Origin: Oikopleura dioica | Lineage: Eukaryota; Animalia; Chordata | Reading direction: 5' to 3' | NCBI GenBank assembly: GCA_907165135.1 | Contig: OU015566.1 | Coordinates: 1,364,001-1,428,000, forward strand | DNA length: 64,000 nucleotides | Shown here: in pieces, positions 47,317 to 61,300 of the stretch | How the letters are laid out: each line of letters opens with the position of its first letter | Numbering within the stretch: the stretch's first letter is position 1 | Notes under the pieces: generated by a model | Told to the model about the DNA's origin: nothing | Databases searched by the model: none | Seen by the model: the letters and a program-made list of their open reading frames with translations, nothing else | Position numbers and translations under genes: made by a program

Positions 47317-50300
47317 TTATCTTTTCAAGTGGAATTGAACCGTCGTCTCGTACTTTTCCTCGCTGTGTTGCCTCTTGGAATTATCATCAACGTGGCGCGG
47401 CTTAAAATTGAAAATTCGAACAATTGAAGATGGCGATTATAAAATGCTTACCTGCCAGTGAGATCCGTTATTCAACGGGCGAAAGGGAAGTCCATCGCCG
47501 AGTTTTGTTTTCACCGTGTCCATGGGCAGCTCGGGACCGCGCACTTTGGCGGATTTGGCCAAAATTAAGGGTCGTCCGGCTTTTGTCCGCGCCAACTACA
47601 AGAATGATTGGCGTTTATAATTGGATTAAATTAACGGTTCATCAAATGACCTTCCAATTTATGAACACTAACCCTTACACTAACCCTAACCCTTACGTTA
47701 ACGCTTACCCTAGCCCTAACCCTAGATACTTGAAAATCACTTTTGCGGAGCAAAATTCTAACCCCCATATTTCTTGTGCTCATTAGATAGAGCAACTCCT
47801 AAGGAGTCGAATGGTATAGTTTTTAGGGTCTGAGTCATCACCTATGACGTCACAAGGGCCCCCTTTGAAAAATGGGCATGTCCCCCTGTATCTCCGAAAA
47901 TTTTCAGAAATATATGGAGATTTGGGCATCGTTAGAAAGCCCAGCTCAAACTGGTTATGAGCACAAGGTGTGCAAGAAAAAATTTCGACGAAAAAAAAAT
48001 TTTTTGGGACAAGAACTTTTCTCAAAAAAAATTTTTTCGGAATTTTTTATTGCGCAACTAGTGCTCATAATCAGTTTGAGCTGGGCTTTCCAACGATATC
48101 AAAATCTCTTTATATTTCTGAGAATTTTCGGAGATACAGGGGGACATGACCTGACATTTTCAGGTACTTTAAGCACTAGAATTTGAGATATTCCGTGGCT
48201 TGGACACATAAAAATTGTACCAATCGACTCCTCAGAACCTGCGCTACAAGATCAGCACAAAAAATATTGGGGTCCCGATTTTGCTCCGCAGAAGTCATTC
48301 TCATCTATCCTAAGCCATTCCCTTAACCCGTTAACAGGGGCGTGCAGGTTTGACCTGCACGCGTGGAAACGGGTAGCCAATCACAACCTCGGATCCTTGA
48401 TTTCACTCAATCATCGACAGGCAAAAGCGTAGGCGAAATCGACCACCCTGTTAACGGGTTAAGTTCATCTACTTACTTGAACAGGAAGCCCCGAGGAAGG
48501 CGGAAGAGGCGCTTGGAAGTCCTCTGTCAATTTTCTTTCTAGAGGTCAGAAATTTTCAAAGAGGCTCTAAGTACTAAGGATACTTGCATCCTGGAGTACA
48601 CACAGAAATTTCCCCTTACCCCAAACGTTGAGAGATATCTCTTATCGCTACTTGCAAGGAGTGTTCATTTTTCTGCGGCCTTATCTCGCAGCTTCTAAAG
48701 GGGCAATTTTGAAAACATAAAATTGGACTTTTCTTAAATTCTTATCTGACCGTTCCTTTCTCGAGGCTTTTGGGGAGTTACAACGGTCAAACCTTCAGTT
48801 GCTTCTTTTGACTCGAATTCGCCATTTTCGCAAGCGTCTACTTTTCCAGCTATTCGCAGTCGGCTTCGAAGACCGTGGAGGAGTTCTTCTCGTGGAAGAC
48901 TTTTCGCGCTCGGGTTGGCGGAGGACCCCTTCAAAAATCATTGAATAAGGAAAAAAGGGGATGAAATAAGGACCTTTAGGGAGCTGGTAAAATCGACAAA
49001 TGCTTCTCTCGAGCGATCAGATCTCGAGTTCAGTAAATCGGAAAGAGCTTCGTTTTGGAGATCGCAGAATTTTTTCTTGAACAATTGAAGCTTCCTGTAT
49101 TCTTCCGTTTTTCGCTCCCGGACGTACTCTGCGGTCGCGTGTTTGAGCTGCTTGGAGCACTCTCGTCGATTGAATAGAACGGCGATGTCTTCGGGGGTGT
49201 TTCCGTTGTTGTCTTTGACGAGGAAGAGGGTGCGGTCCAGGCTGGAAAAATGTTCGCAGAGGGGCCAGTTGCCGTTCTTGGCAGCGACATGCATGACGGT
49301 GTAGCCGTCTTGATCTTGGAGATCGAAGTTGATTCCCTTATTTTAGGTTCCTTGAATGCTTAATTCGTCTTTTTTATCATTAACCCAAAAAATCAGCCGA
49401 AAAAAGTGGTCTAAAAATCCAAGTTACAATTTTTCTTCACGTAAACAAGATTTTTCTGGTTTTAAGTGAGCTGCTTAGCATGTTGGAACCGGACCTGGAT
49501 GTGTCGTTTGTCGGAAGAAAAGTGCGGTTTCGTCAACTTTGAAATTGTCTCCTTGCTGGCTTTTGTCAGTTTTCGCCTCAGCGGCGCGTTTTCAGCAAAC
49601 CAAAATAGGGCGTTTCTTCCGTTGTTGTCTTTTTAGAGGGTTTTGATCAGTGAAATCGAAGAGGAAGAATTCTTCTTTTCGAACCCTTTCCTACGGCGAG
49701 TGGGGAAAAACCATGGTCGAGGAGCTTTTGAATCACTTGATAATTGGCCTTTTTCGCAGCTCGGTGGAGCGCGGTTTCGCCGTTTGAGCCAATTACTGTA
49801 CTGTTGTTCTGATGCGCCAGGGACAGTTCCAACCAACTCACATCGCCTGAACACAATCATTTATAAACAAGAAAACTTTCGACTCGAAAAAAGGCCTCGA
49901 AACCTCCTTCAACAGCGTAAAGAATGTCCTTCCTTCGGACATTTGCGGCTACAATGTTATTTGCTTTGAATTTGGCTCATTTATGAATTTGGGAATTTAC
50001 TGACAACATATTTAAAAAGAAATCTTTCGAACCAAGCCTGTGAACACAGAGCTCATTTTTCTGTGCTCAGCAACAAATAAGCCAAAACTGGCTGTTCAAT
50101 TATTTTTATGAGTTGGTCAATTTTTCAATCTAGAAATTTTTTTTTCTCTTTCAAAAAATTAATTTTTTTGATCAAATTTTTTGAAAATTTGTTTTTCGGA
50201 AATATTTTTTTAAGAATTATTTTTTTCAAAAAAATTCTTCTTTCAAGGCTTGAACCTTAATCTACGTACCTGAATCTACAGCAGAGTGAATATCCCTGCA

Positions 50301-51080
50301 GTATTTTTGCCTCATCAAAACATGTCTTGTGAGTATTTTTCCGTCTTCCGTCATTTTTGTCTCGCTTGAAATTCAAAATTTTTAGAATTTTTAGGATTTC
50401 ATAATAATTTTCGAAGAAAAAGCAGAAAAGAGTGAAAGTAGAGTGGTTGCCCTTGGATCTCAGGAAGACAATAAAAGACAAGAAAAGATGCTCGTCATTG
50501 GTCTATTTATTCAAAATTCCATTTTTCGTGTTTGGACAGAATTGATTGTTTGCACACTGAATTTGGTTATCTGAATTTATCGATAATAAACTTTTCCAAG
50601 CTGCGGAACGAGCGTTTTCTAGTCGATTTGGTCTGTTGAGGCTAAAAATAAAGGTAAAAAATAATTTTCGACTCAAAATTTTAGCCAAAAAAAAATTTGA
50701 TTTTTTTGGAATTTTTATCGATTTTTTGACTAAAAACTTCAAAAAATCGTCGATTTTATGATTTTTTCTGAATAAATTAATTAATTTTTTTTTAATTCAT
50801 CAAAAATTTGGTCAATTTTTTTTACTAAAATCGATTTTGTACCTGAGCAAAGAAGAGTCAAAAGCTTCAACATTTTCTTCTCCATACTTTGCTTTCGTTT
50901 GTTTTCTCGGCTCTTGTGCTGGCAGTTTTTGTCGTTGTTGTTTTCAATCGAGCTGGAGGACGATTCGAGAAGTTCCACGTGACTGTTGTAGACGAATAGA
51001 TCGTCTTCGGTCTCTTCCTTGACCTGGCTCAATCGGAAGCCCGAGGGGCGGCGTGACGCTACATTGTTGCAGTACTTCAA
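47317..51080 (-). CDS. Ankyrin-repeat-containing uncharacterised protein A (ends approximate)
   Basis: GETALHRAAKKANYQVIQKLLDHG, DGYTVMHVAAKNGNWPLCEHF, NGNTPEDIA; flanking low-complexity exons. Confidence 0.55.
47655..47725 (+). repeat. Degenerate telomere-like repeat (CCCTAA/CCCTTA)
   Basis: actaacccttacactaaccctaacccttacgttaacgcttaccctagccctaacccta. Confidence 0.7.
47739..48295. mobile_element. ~560-bp foldback element with nested inverted repeats
   Basis: Outer arms acttttgcggagcaaaat / attttgctccgcagaagt; inner ~90-bp arms catgtccccctgtatctccgaaaatt...gagcac / gtgctc...ggagatacagggggacatg. Confidence 0.85.
48327..48458. mobile_element. 132-bp piggyBac-like MITE
   Basis: TTAA at 48323-48326 and 48459-48462; perfect TIR cccgttaacaggg / ccctgttaacggg; internal hairpin gtgcaggt-ttg-acctgcac. 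Confidence 0.85.
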
Positions 51081-52328
51081 ATTTGTCTGAAATTTTTGGT
51101 CATTTTTGAAAATGCTTCAAAAGAAAAACAACAGATTGTCGATTGTTTAAATTTTTATAGGAAATTTAAGAAATTTGGTCAAAAACGAAAATTATCATTA
51201 TGACACCCTTATTTATTTTTTCAAAATTTATTTGACTAAAAATCTGGCAAAAAATTTTTGGGCCTAAAATTAACGAGTTTCTTAATTTTCAATAAATTTT
51301 TCAACCCAAAAATAAAAAAAAACAAGCTGACCTACCATTAATAACTCTCAATTCAGTGCGAGGCGCAAATTCAGTCTGAAACTCTCTGACTAATTGAGTC
51401 GCTATTTTTGACAATCTCACACTCTGACTGCTCTCAGCCCGTTTCTCACGTGACTTTTGTTCTTTTTTTTCTTTGGCTCTTCCCTGGAAAGAGAATTTGA
51501 CTTTTTGAAACTCCAAAAAGCGGTTGTTTTTGAGTCTGTTTTTGAAAAAAAGCTGCGACAAGGCGTGGAAGGTTTTTGTTCTGCGCTGCTTTTATAGAGC
51601 ATTATCATGCGCCAAATTCATGATTGACGCCTTTTTATAGCGCTTATTACTGAAGTTGATTTCGTACGAACAATCCAGTCGACATTGCCCATATTGATTT
51701 TTTTTTGCCAAATTACGTTTTTATGGAAATATTATTTAATTTTGAAATATTTTTCTTTATTATACAGAGTTATTTTCGGGGCGTTCATGAGTCGACAATT
51801 TTCGGCCGACATTTTTTGTCGCAAAACCCTGGTAAATTTAAAAAACGTCCATGAACGGTCGAAGTAATTATCTCGACATTATTTTTGAAAATTTGAAATA
51901 CTGAAATCTGATTGGCTGCCTCCCAACCGGTATCCCCGAATCCGTCCCTTTGATTGGTCGAAAATTTTGTGGAATTTAGTTCGGAAAATTGTCGATTTTG
52001 TTTGTCGAAATTCCTTATTTTCTACTCCAGATTATATAAAGGAAAATAAAAATGGGTGTGTTGTTTTTGAGTTTAGGCTATTTTTAACACTCTAACTTAG
52101 ATTCATCAACTATAATTTATTATTCTGACATTTATGATGAGCCCCTCTCGTAAAATAAAACTCTCGAATTGGTTTCACCTTTTGACCTAGTTGACTCAAA
52201 AACTCTTAAAATAGGGCACTCGGGTTTTGTAGAATAAACTTGTTCAAAAGCGAGATTCTGTACACATGTATTTACAGCGGAAAAGTACGGTAAATTTATT
52301 AAGTAAAGTGATCAAGTCTATTTTTGAC

Positions 52329-55300
52329 TTAGGGATTGTAAGGCTCGGGTTTGACGCAAGGAAGTCGCATTTCGATTCGCTTGTTGGCCAGGACGAGTCC
52401 GCAATCTTCGGGTCGGCATGCGCACTCGTGGTAACTGAGAAAAAATTCTAGTTTTTTGAAAAAAGAAAATTCTTTTTACCCGTCTTGATTGAAGCAATCC
52501 TGAGTTTCGTCACAAGCGTGCGATCCTGATGCGCATTCATCGATGTCAATGCAGCTCTGAGTCTCTTCTACGTACTGGTATCCACAAGGACAGACGCAGA
52601 CGAAATCACCTAAGGAAAGACCGTTGCGAAATGTTTCTCAAAGTCACTTTACCGTAAAGATTGCAGCAAGCAATATTCTCGCCGCAAATGGTCGGATCGA
52701 CGTCGCACTCGTTGATGTCTTCGCAACTGTCGACACCGTCGCCTTCGAAGCCGGAATTGCAAACGCACTCCGCATCAAGCATCTGAACAGTGATAAAAAT
52801 AGATTTAGGAGAAAGTGGCACCTGTCCGAGAGAGTTAGTAGTGACTTCGCACTGGGCAAGATCATGGCAATCGCAAGGTACTTTTTCGCACTCTCCAAGG
52901 ATGTTTCTTGTGTAGCCCTTTTTGCAGACGCAGCGGCCCTTGTCGCAGACTTCCAAGCGGCTACAGACTGGATCACAGTAGGGGAAGCACTCGCCTGAAA
53001 TTTTCGTTAGAACATGTTTGTTTTTAGAAATTCATACCAGTAATGTAGTCCTTGTAATAACCGGGCTTGCATTTGCACTCCATGAAGAAACAGGCCTGGT
53101 TGGAGCCGCATTCTTCCTCGCAGCACTCATTTTTGTAGCCACTTCCGTGCCAGGGATCGACGCAACCGTCGCAGATGTAAGAACCGTCAGTATTGAGACA
53201 GATTCCATTGACGTCGCAATTATGAAGCTCTAGAATCGAGAATGAAAAGGTAAGAAAGGAAAAGAATGAGTGTACCTTCCGTGCATTCGTCGATATCCTC
53301 GCATTCCAGCTCGTCTCCTGGCGGATCGACCGGTCTGTAGCCATTTTTGCACTCGCAAGTTTCTCCGTCAGCGCCGATCTTTTGCTTTTCAGGGCAAATT
53401 GGATTGCATTGTTTCCCATTGCCTTCCCATCCCGTCTTGCAGTAGCACTCGTAGCTGCCCTCTGTATTCTTGCACGTCGCGTTTTCGTCGCAATTGTGAC
53501 TCTCATCGCCGCACTCGTTAGTATCGCAGCATGTTGTGCCTGTTCCGTGGTAGCCTTCCTTACACTCGCAGCGATAAGGCTCTCCGTCGACAGCCATATT
53601 CAAGTCGATGCAGTTGGCGTTGCTGGAACACATGTTGTCGGCGGAACATTCGTTTGTGTCGCCACAGACGACGTCGCCTGTGGATGAGATCTTTGCTTCT
53701 GTTCCTGGAGCGCAAAGACACTAAGAGAAAGATTAAAAAAAACATTTCCAAGAAAAAAAATACCTGGAAGCTTCCAGGAAGATTGACACATTCCATGCCG
53801 TTCGAGCAGCCAATCGTCTCGCACTCATCAACATCAGAGCAGCTTCCATCCGCCTTAGCTTCGTATCCTTCCTGGCAAATACAGATTCCCTGTCCATTCG
53901 ATCCGAGAACACACATCTTGCCAGTTCCACAGCTTGGTTCGCAGACGGCAACATTATCTTCGCATTTGTCAAATCCGTTTCCAGTCGTTCCCGGCGGACA
54001 AGTACAGCTGTAAAGATCCTGTGCAGATGTCAGCTCATCGCAAGTTGCGGTTGGATGGCACAGGTCGATCTCGCCGCAGATGACGGTTTTTTCGCAAGTT
54101 CTGCCGTTTCCGGTGTAGCCAGTTTCACAAGTACAGAGATAGCTTCCTGAGAAAAGGGCTTTTCAAAACATTTGATTTCAAATATTTCAGATTTGTCTGG
54201 AATTCGATGAGCCCTGTGCCTGATAAATTTGTACAGAAAGCCGTTTCCGCGCAGTCATGCTGTTTTGTCAGACACTCATCAATATCGATACATGTTGAAG
54301 TAATCGGATCGTGCTCGAATCCGGGTGGGCAGACGCAATCGTATCCTCCGGGATAATTTGTGCAAGTGTATCCAGCATCGCAAACGACAGCCTTGCACTC
54401 GTTGATATCCACGCAAACGCCATCAACATCGGCTTCATACCCAGCGGCGCATTCGCATCGGTACTCGTCGCTGTCCAGGTCGTAGACGCATTGTTCGGTA
54501 TCGAGACAATCCTCGGTGCAGCGGACAATTTCCTTCTTGGAAACACAGAAAAGTCCGTTTCCTTCGTATCCAGTTGGACATTCGCAAGTCCATGAGCCCT
54601 CGGTGTTTTCACAGATAGCGTTTGTTCCGCAGTTGTGAGTGGTGTCGCTGCATTCATCACGGTCCTCGCAAATTCCTGAGACAAAAATCAGCATTTATTT
54701 TTTCAGACTTCAAACCTGTATCAGGATCGCGAGCAAACCCATCTGGACAAGTACAAAGATAGCTGCCCGGCAAATTGACGCACAGATCATTTGTGATCCA
54801 GCAATCATTCATAAGATTGTCGCATTCATCAACGTCCTCACACTCGACAAGTGGATCTCCATCGTAGCCAGCTTTGCAAACGCATGAAGACTGGTTATTT
54901 TCAATAACGCAATGTGCGTTGATGCCGCAGTCGGGGCACTCTGGCTTGCAGCATTCGCCGTCGCCGGCATATCCTTCGTTGCAAGTGCACCTTAAAATAT
55001 TGATAAAGACCTTATTTCGAAAATTTAGCTAAAATGTTAATCCGGCGTTTTATTGAATAATTTTGCATAATATATTTTTAGCTCTCGTAGAAGAGAAACT
55101 CTTGAAATATATACAAATATAAAAAATCAAACAGATATGGTTATCAATAAAACTTACAAATACGAGCCAAAAGTATTAAGACAGTCCGCGTTCCCATCAC
55201 ATGGATTCGGATCAAGAGAACACTCATCGACATCATCGCAGATGCCAACTGCGTTCTCAGTGAAACCATCAGCGCATGGACAGAGGTAGCTGCCAGGGAA

Positions 55301-58300
55301 ATTTTCGCAGTCCGTATTAGGTCCGCAAAGATCCAGGAGACATTCATCGACATCTTCGCATTTGCCATCGGCGTTGGTCGTGTAGCCGTCTGCGCATTTA
55401 CAATAAGTGAAGAGACCGGTACCTCCAGTTGGCAAGTCCTTGAAATAATTTCGTAGTAAATTTAATAGTAAATAGAGTAGAAACCTGGGAAATGATAACA
55501 CATCTGCCATTTTCGCCGCAATCTGGGCATTCTGGCTGGCAGTCTTTGCCGTTCCCAATGAAGCCATTGACACAAGTGCATGTGTAGCTTCCAAAAGTAT
55601 CCTCACAGAGTGATGATCTATGACAATCATCGGTCTGATCTTCACACTCATTGATGTTGATGCAATCTGCGGATCCGCTATTTTCCCCTTCGGGATATTT
55701 GAAACCATCTTTACACTTGCACTCAAAGCCGCCAACATTGTTGACACAATCTTCTAGAAGAGGATCACATGAAAGAACGTCTACGAGACATTCATTGATG
55801 TCGACGCACTCGAGCGGGTTCGACCCAAAGACCTCTTCGAAACCATTGTTGCAGCGGCATTCCAAGTCGCCATCGGTATTTCCAGGATTATCAGCAAGAG
55901 TGCAGTGAGCGTTTGGACCACAGGTTGTATTAGTGCAAATTGGGTGGCAGAAGCATCCGTTGCCGAGGAAGCCATCTTTGCATTCGCACGCGAAAGAGCC
56001 TTCAGTATCAATGCAGTCAGCATCGACGTCACAGTTGTGCAGATCATCGACGCATTCGTTGATATTGACACAATCTCCATCACCTTCACCTTTGTAGCCA
56101 ATTGGGCACTCGCAGGTATGCGCTCCGATGGTATTCACGCATCTTTCCGGGATGAGGTAGCTATCACAAATGTGAGCTCCAGTTTCACACTCGTCTATGT
56201 CATCGCAAATGGTAGCAGGATTTCCTGCGTATCCAGTGTGACATTCGCATGTTGGAGTATTTTGAATGAATGAGCAGAAAGCGTTGACTCCACAGACGGG
56301 GCAAGTCTCGAAGCACCTGAGCCCGTCTCCAAAGTAATTTTCCTTGCATTCACAGTCGTAGCTGCCGTAAGTGTTCTCACAATCAGCGTTGACATCGCAG
56401 AAGTGAATTCCCAGATCACACTCGTGAATGTCCAAACATTCTGATGTCTCATTAACAGCAGCAAATCCATCAAGGCAAGGGCAATCTTTTCCATTTCCAT
56501 AAGTCTCTCCTGTGCAAGAGCATGTGTAACTGCCATCAGTATCGATACAGTCAGCTCTTGGATGACACCGGTGGTCGTAATCACACTCGTTTATATTCAA
56601 GCAGTCTCCAGTCGTGGCCCTTACTAATCCCAACATCGGTTCGCCACCAACAGCATATCCGGCCGGGCAGCCGCAGGCGTAAGAACCAGCAGTATTAATA
56701 CAAACTTCAACAGGAATAGCATCGTCGCAAATGTTCTGCGTCGGATCATCGCACTCATTGATATCAATGCAATCACCCGTGGCATCGCGCTCAAAACCAG
56801 GGTTGCAAAGGCACTGGGTTTCGAAAATTGTTCCGGCGGATGTTGAAGTCATTGTCGTACAGAACTCGTTATCGCCACAGCCGATAACTGGGCAAATCTC
56901 GTGGCAAATGAATCCATTTCCTTCGAATCCAGCTGGACATTCGCAGTTCCACGAACCTGGGAGCTCAATACAGTCGGCGATCGCAGCGCATCCGTGAAGA
57001 TTGACATCGGCGCACTCGTGAATGTCGATGCAATCAAAGCCGTTTGTATCAAATTGATATCCGTCTTTACAATCGCATGTATAGTCGCCATCACAATTGT
57101 AGCACTCTGTATTGGTACCGCAAGAAGTAAGTGGCTCTCGTTCACATTCATTGATATCGATGCATTCTCCTGAAGCGTCAAGTTCATATCCAGGTTTGCA
57201 ATTGCATTCCTTGTCTGATCGGTCCGGGAGAACAACACAGTCCGTATTCACTCCGCAGAGCTCGCAGTCTGGTAGACAGTCGAATCCGTTTCCGATGAAA
57301 TCTGGTGGGCAGCTACACTCATATCCGCGGAAAAGAGTGATGTCATAGGGAATATTGTCGCAAATAGAATTCGGACCACATTGATGAGTTTGATCTTGAC
57401 ACTCGTCGATGTCTTCACAATCGCCCGCGGCATTCCGTCGATATCCAGTTTTGCAGCGGCATTCAAACTCACCATGTGTGTTTTCGCAGTATTCAGTGAT
57501 TGTACAGCCGGTTACGATCGTATTATCTTCACATTCGTTAATATCTACGCATCTAGTGATCTCTAAAGTATCGGGGTCGAAGAAAGGGGCAAAGCCTTCG
57601 TCGCAATAGCAACCCATAGAAGCATCAGGCATCACTGCGCAGTGAGCGTAGTCAACGCACTCTGGGCACTCAACACAAGAGTATGATCCAATGATGTTAA
57701 CACAGATCTCTGTGGCGTCACAAATATCAGTAATATTGCACTCGTTTATATCAATACATCCAGCAACAGGGTCGCCTTCGAAACCAGGCCAGCAAGCGCA
57801 TTCAGCTGGGCCAATTAAACTGCCATCAACGATACATTCAGCGTTGTCGCCACAATCAGGATCGCAGTCTAGCTCGCAAGGAAGTTGCGTGTGGAAGATG
57901 CAAATATCGCCTGTTCCAATGTACCACTCATCGCACTCGCAGAAATAGCTTCCCTGCGTGTTGGTGCACTCGGCATTGATGTCACATGGATCAATTCCGG
58001 TTTCGTTTATGTCGCACTCATTAACATCTACACAGCTTATACTTCCATTAGTAGCAACTTGTTGTTTATAGCCGATTGCGCATGGACAGACATAACTTCC
58101 AAGAGTATTGTAGCAAACTTCCGTAATCGCGTCACAGTCATTCTTGCTTGAATCTTGGCATTCGTCATCATCTTCGCATGTGACAGTGCCATTAGCATCA
58201 ACAAATGTCTTGAGGCCATCATTGCATCTGCACTCAAGTCCAGCTCCATCATCTCTTGGGCCACAATATTGCTCAGCCGTACATGTCTCCGCGCATTCAA

Positions 58301-61300
58301 GTGGGATCCACTCGCAGTCACCGTCGTGGCTTAGTCTATCAAAGCCATACGGACACTCGCAGGAGAAAGAGCCAATTGTGTTCTTACAGATGAGGGGCAA
58401 ATTGCCAGCTTGCGGTCCTCCACCTGTAGTGAAAAGAGCATCGCAATTGTGATCGCCAGTACTGCACTCGTCAACGTCGTCGCAAATTGGATTATTGCTC
58501 GCGTCAACGCCATTTTGTTCGAATCCTGGTTCGTTGCAGATACAGCTTGGCTCCCAAATATGTGGGTTGTGAATTGGATCGTTGATGAAAGTGCACTCTT
58601 GGCTGACAGGATCGCAAGTTGTCGGGCATTCGATTTTGAAGCATTCATATCCGTTTCCGCGATAACCAGTTTTGCAAGTGCAGTCATAGCTCGCAGTGGG
58701 GAAGATGCGGTTGTCACAGTCAGCGTTAATATGACAGTGATGGATATCTAGAGCACATTCGTCAATATCTTCGCAATCTCCCGTCAGCTCATTGAGCTGA
58801 CTACCGGCTGGACAACAACATGAAAACCCAAAGAGCTCATTTTGGCACTCTCTTGGAATGCCAACTTGAATGGAACTACAGTCATCTGTCTGTTCTTCGC
58901 ACTCGTTGATGTCAACGCAGCCAGCAGAGAGATCATTTGGATCAGCAAGTCGGAAATATGTATCGTCGATGCAAACACATTCGGGATTGGTCAAATCGTT
59001 ATTGCATTTCATAAAGGGTCGAGCGGAGCAATTGGGGCAGTCTGGGTAGCACTTGTGTCCAGGATTAGCAGGATCGCTGTCCCAAAAACCAGCATTGCAA
59101 GAGCAATCGTAGCTGCCGGGAGTGATTGTATTGTCACATTGAGCATTCGGGTCGCAAGTGTGGGTATCATCAGTGCACTCATTAATATCAATGCACGGAA
59201 CTGTATTGAGCGTCTCTACACCGGTAGGAATGCCGTATTCATACCCACTGGGGCAAATACACTCATACGATCCAATCGTGTTATCACAAATTTTGTGATC
59301 ACCAGCGCAATCGTTCAATGTTGGATCACTACATTCATCAACATCTTCACATCCATCAGCAATGACACCAGTGGTGATCCAGTCGTAGCCAACTTCACAC
59401 TCACAAGTGGCGCCTTGATTTGCCGCGGCGATGTATTCCATTTTGCAAACGGTATGGGGAGCGTTATTGCAATCGTCCGTGCACAGACAAGAGTAGTTAT
59501 CCTCGCAAGTGTAGAGCTGACCGCTTCCGTCAAGACCTGGATCGCTGTCAACGCACGTCTGATTGTCAAAACAGTGATGAATGAACTCTCGGCTAAGGTC
59601 GCACTCATTTATGTTTACACAATATTCAGTTGTAGTTGGATCAGACGAGTCGAAATCAACAATAAGCTCGTATCCTTCAGGACATTTGCAGTTATAGCTA
59701 CCGAATGTATTGTCGCACAGCGCGTTGCTGTCCGTGCAAATGTTTGTAGTATCACATTCATCGATATCAACACAATCTCCTGGCGCAAGTTTATCACCTG
59801 GCGCAGCTTCGCTTCTGAAACCAACATCACAAACGCAAATTAAGTCATCTTCAGCGACGTTCATTTCGCAATGAGAATTTTCGATTCCGCTGCAATCGTC
59901 GCAGACGAGAATGCATTCATACGAGCCCATCGTGTTTTGACAGAACTTCGCGTCGATGCAAACATGGTTGTTGGAGGTACACTCGTTGATATCAATACAG
60001 AGGTCGGGATCATTTTGATCAGGTTCGTAACCATGTGGACATCGACATTCATAAGATCCACTGAATTCGATGCAGTCATACAGGGCGCAATCAGGGTTGA
60101 CCGAGGTATCGCAATTTTCTGTCGATCTACCACAAATCGTTGCGTCGTCACATTCAGGAATGTCAACACACTGAGTCTCGAGCGGATCAGCCGATGCTTT
60201 TTCATATCCAAGTTGGCAAACACATTGGGTTGGTTTTCGGGCATCCGCATGATCTGAGACTTCGCAGTAAGAAAATGACCCTGCATCGCCACAGCCAGCT
60301 TCGCACTCGAGACAAATACAGTCAGCTTTGGAGACATAGCCATCCCCGTCAGTATCCGTCGCGCAATCACCCTGACAGTAATAAGAGCCGTCAGTTTCGA
60401 CACATTCATCTACATCGTGAGTGCAAGTATGCAGATCTCGAGTACATTCGGGAATATCTTCACAAACTCCATTTACAAGCTCGTATCCAAGGGCGCATTC
60501 GCATACGTAGTATCCAGGGTAATTAATGCAAATTCTATCTTGAGTATAGTCGCTTCCGGAATTGACTGATTCTTCGATCCGCACTTCGGCTACGCAGTCC
60601 CACTTGATATCAACATATGCTCTAACGGAGTCACCAGTAGAACTGTCGATGCAATCAGGGATGAAAGTCTGTCCATTAACGATGAATTCGCAAGATTCTT
60701 GACCCTTACAAGCAGCATTGATGTATGGAATGAGATTGAAATCGTTGTTGATGTCGCAAGTTGGACAACCAGAAGAAGAGAAACAGCAGGTTTCTTCATC
60801 CCATCGACCGTGAGCAGCGTAAGTTACGGAAATTGTTGATCCAGCGGGGCACTCAAGGAAAACAGACGGATTCTTCTTACTGTAGCACATGCTGTCCACG
60901 GCTTGATATGCTGGAACTGGGCGGAGCTCTCTTGATTCAACTACCTGCAAACGGGCGCCAGATCTACTGAATAAGCTTACAGCAGAGCGACCAGGTCGAC
61001 TAGGCATGGGCATGATTCCACAAGGATCTTGTTCTGTCTCACACTCGTTGATGTCAATACAGGTTGAGTATGGTATCAGTACATAATCCCCATCTCGTTC
61101 CCACTCGTATCCTTCTTGACAGTCGCAATCATAGTAATTCATGCTGTCTGAATATCCATTCGCATCAACAAGAGTCGAATCAGTGCTTAGTAGATTACTA
61201 TTACACTTGGAATAATCGCCATGTCTTGCTTTGCAATCAGGGCAAATTGGACAGCCACACTTCGCATCACCTTGATCAAGGCTAACTTCTTGCCAGGAGC

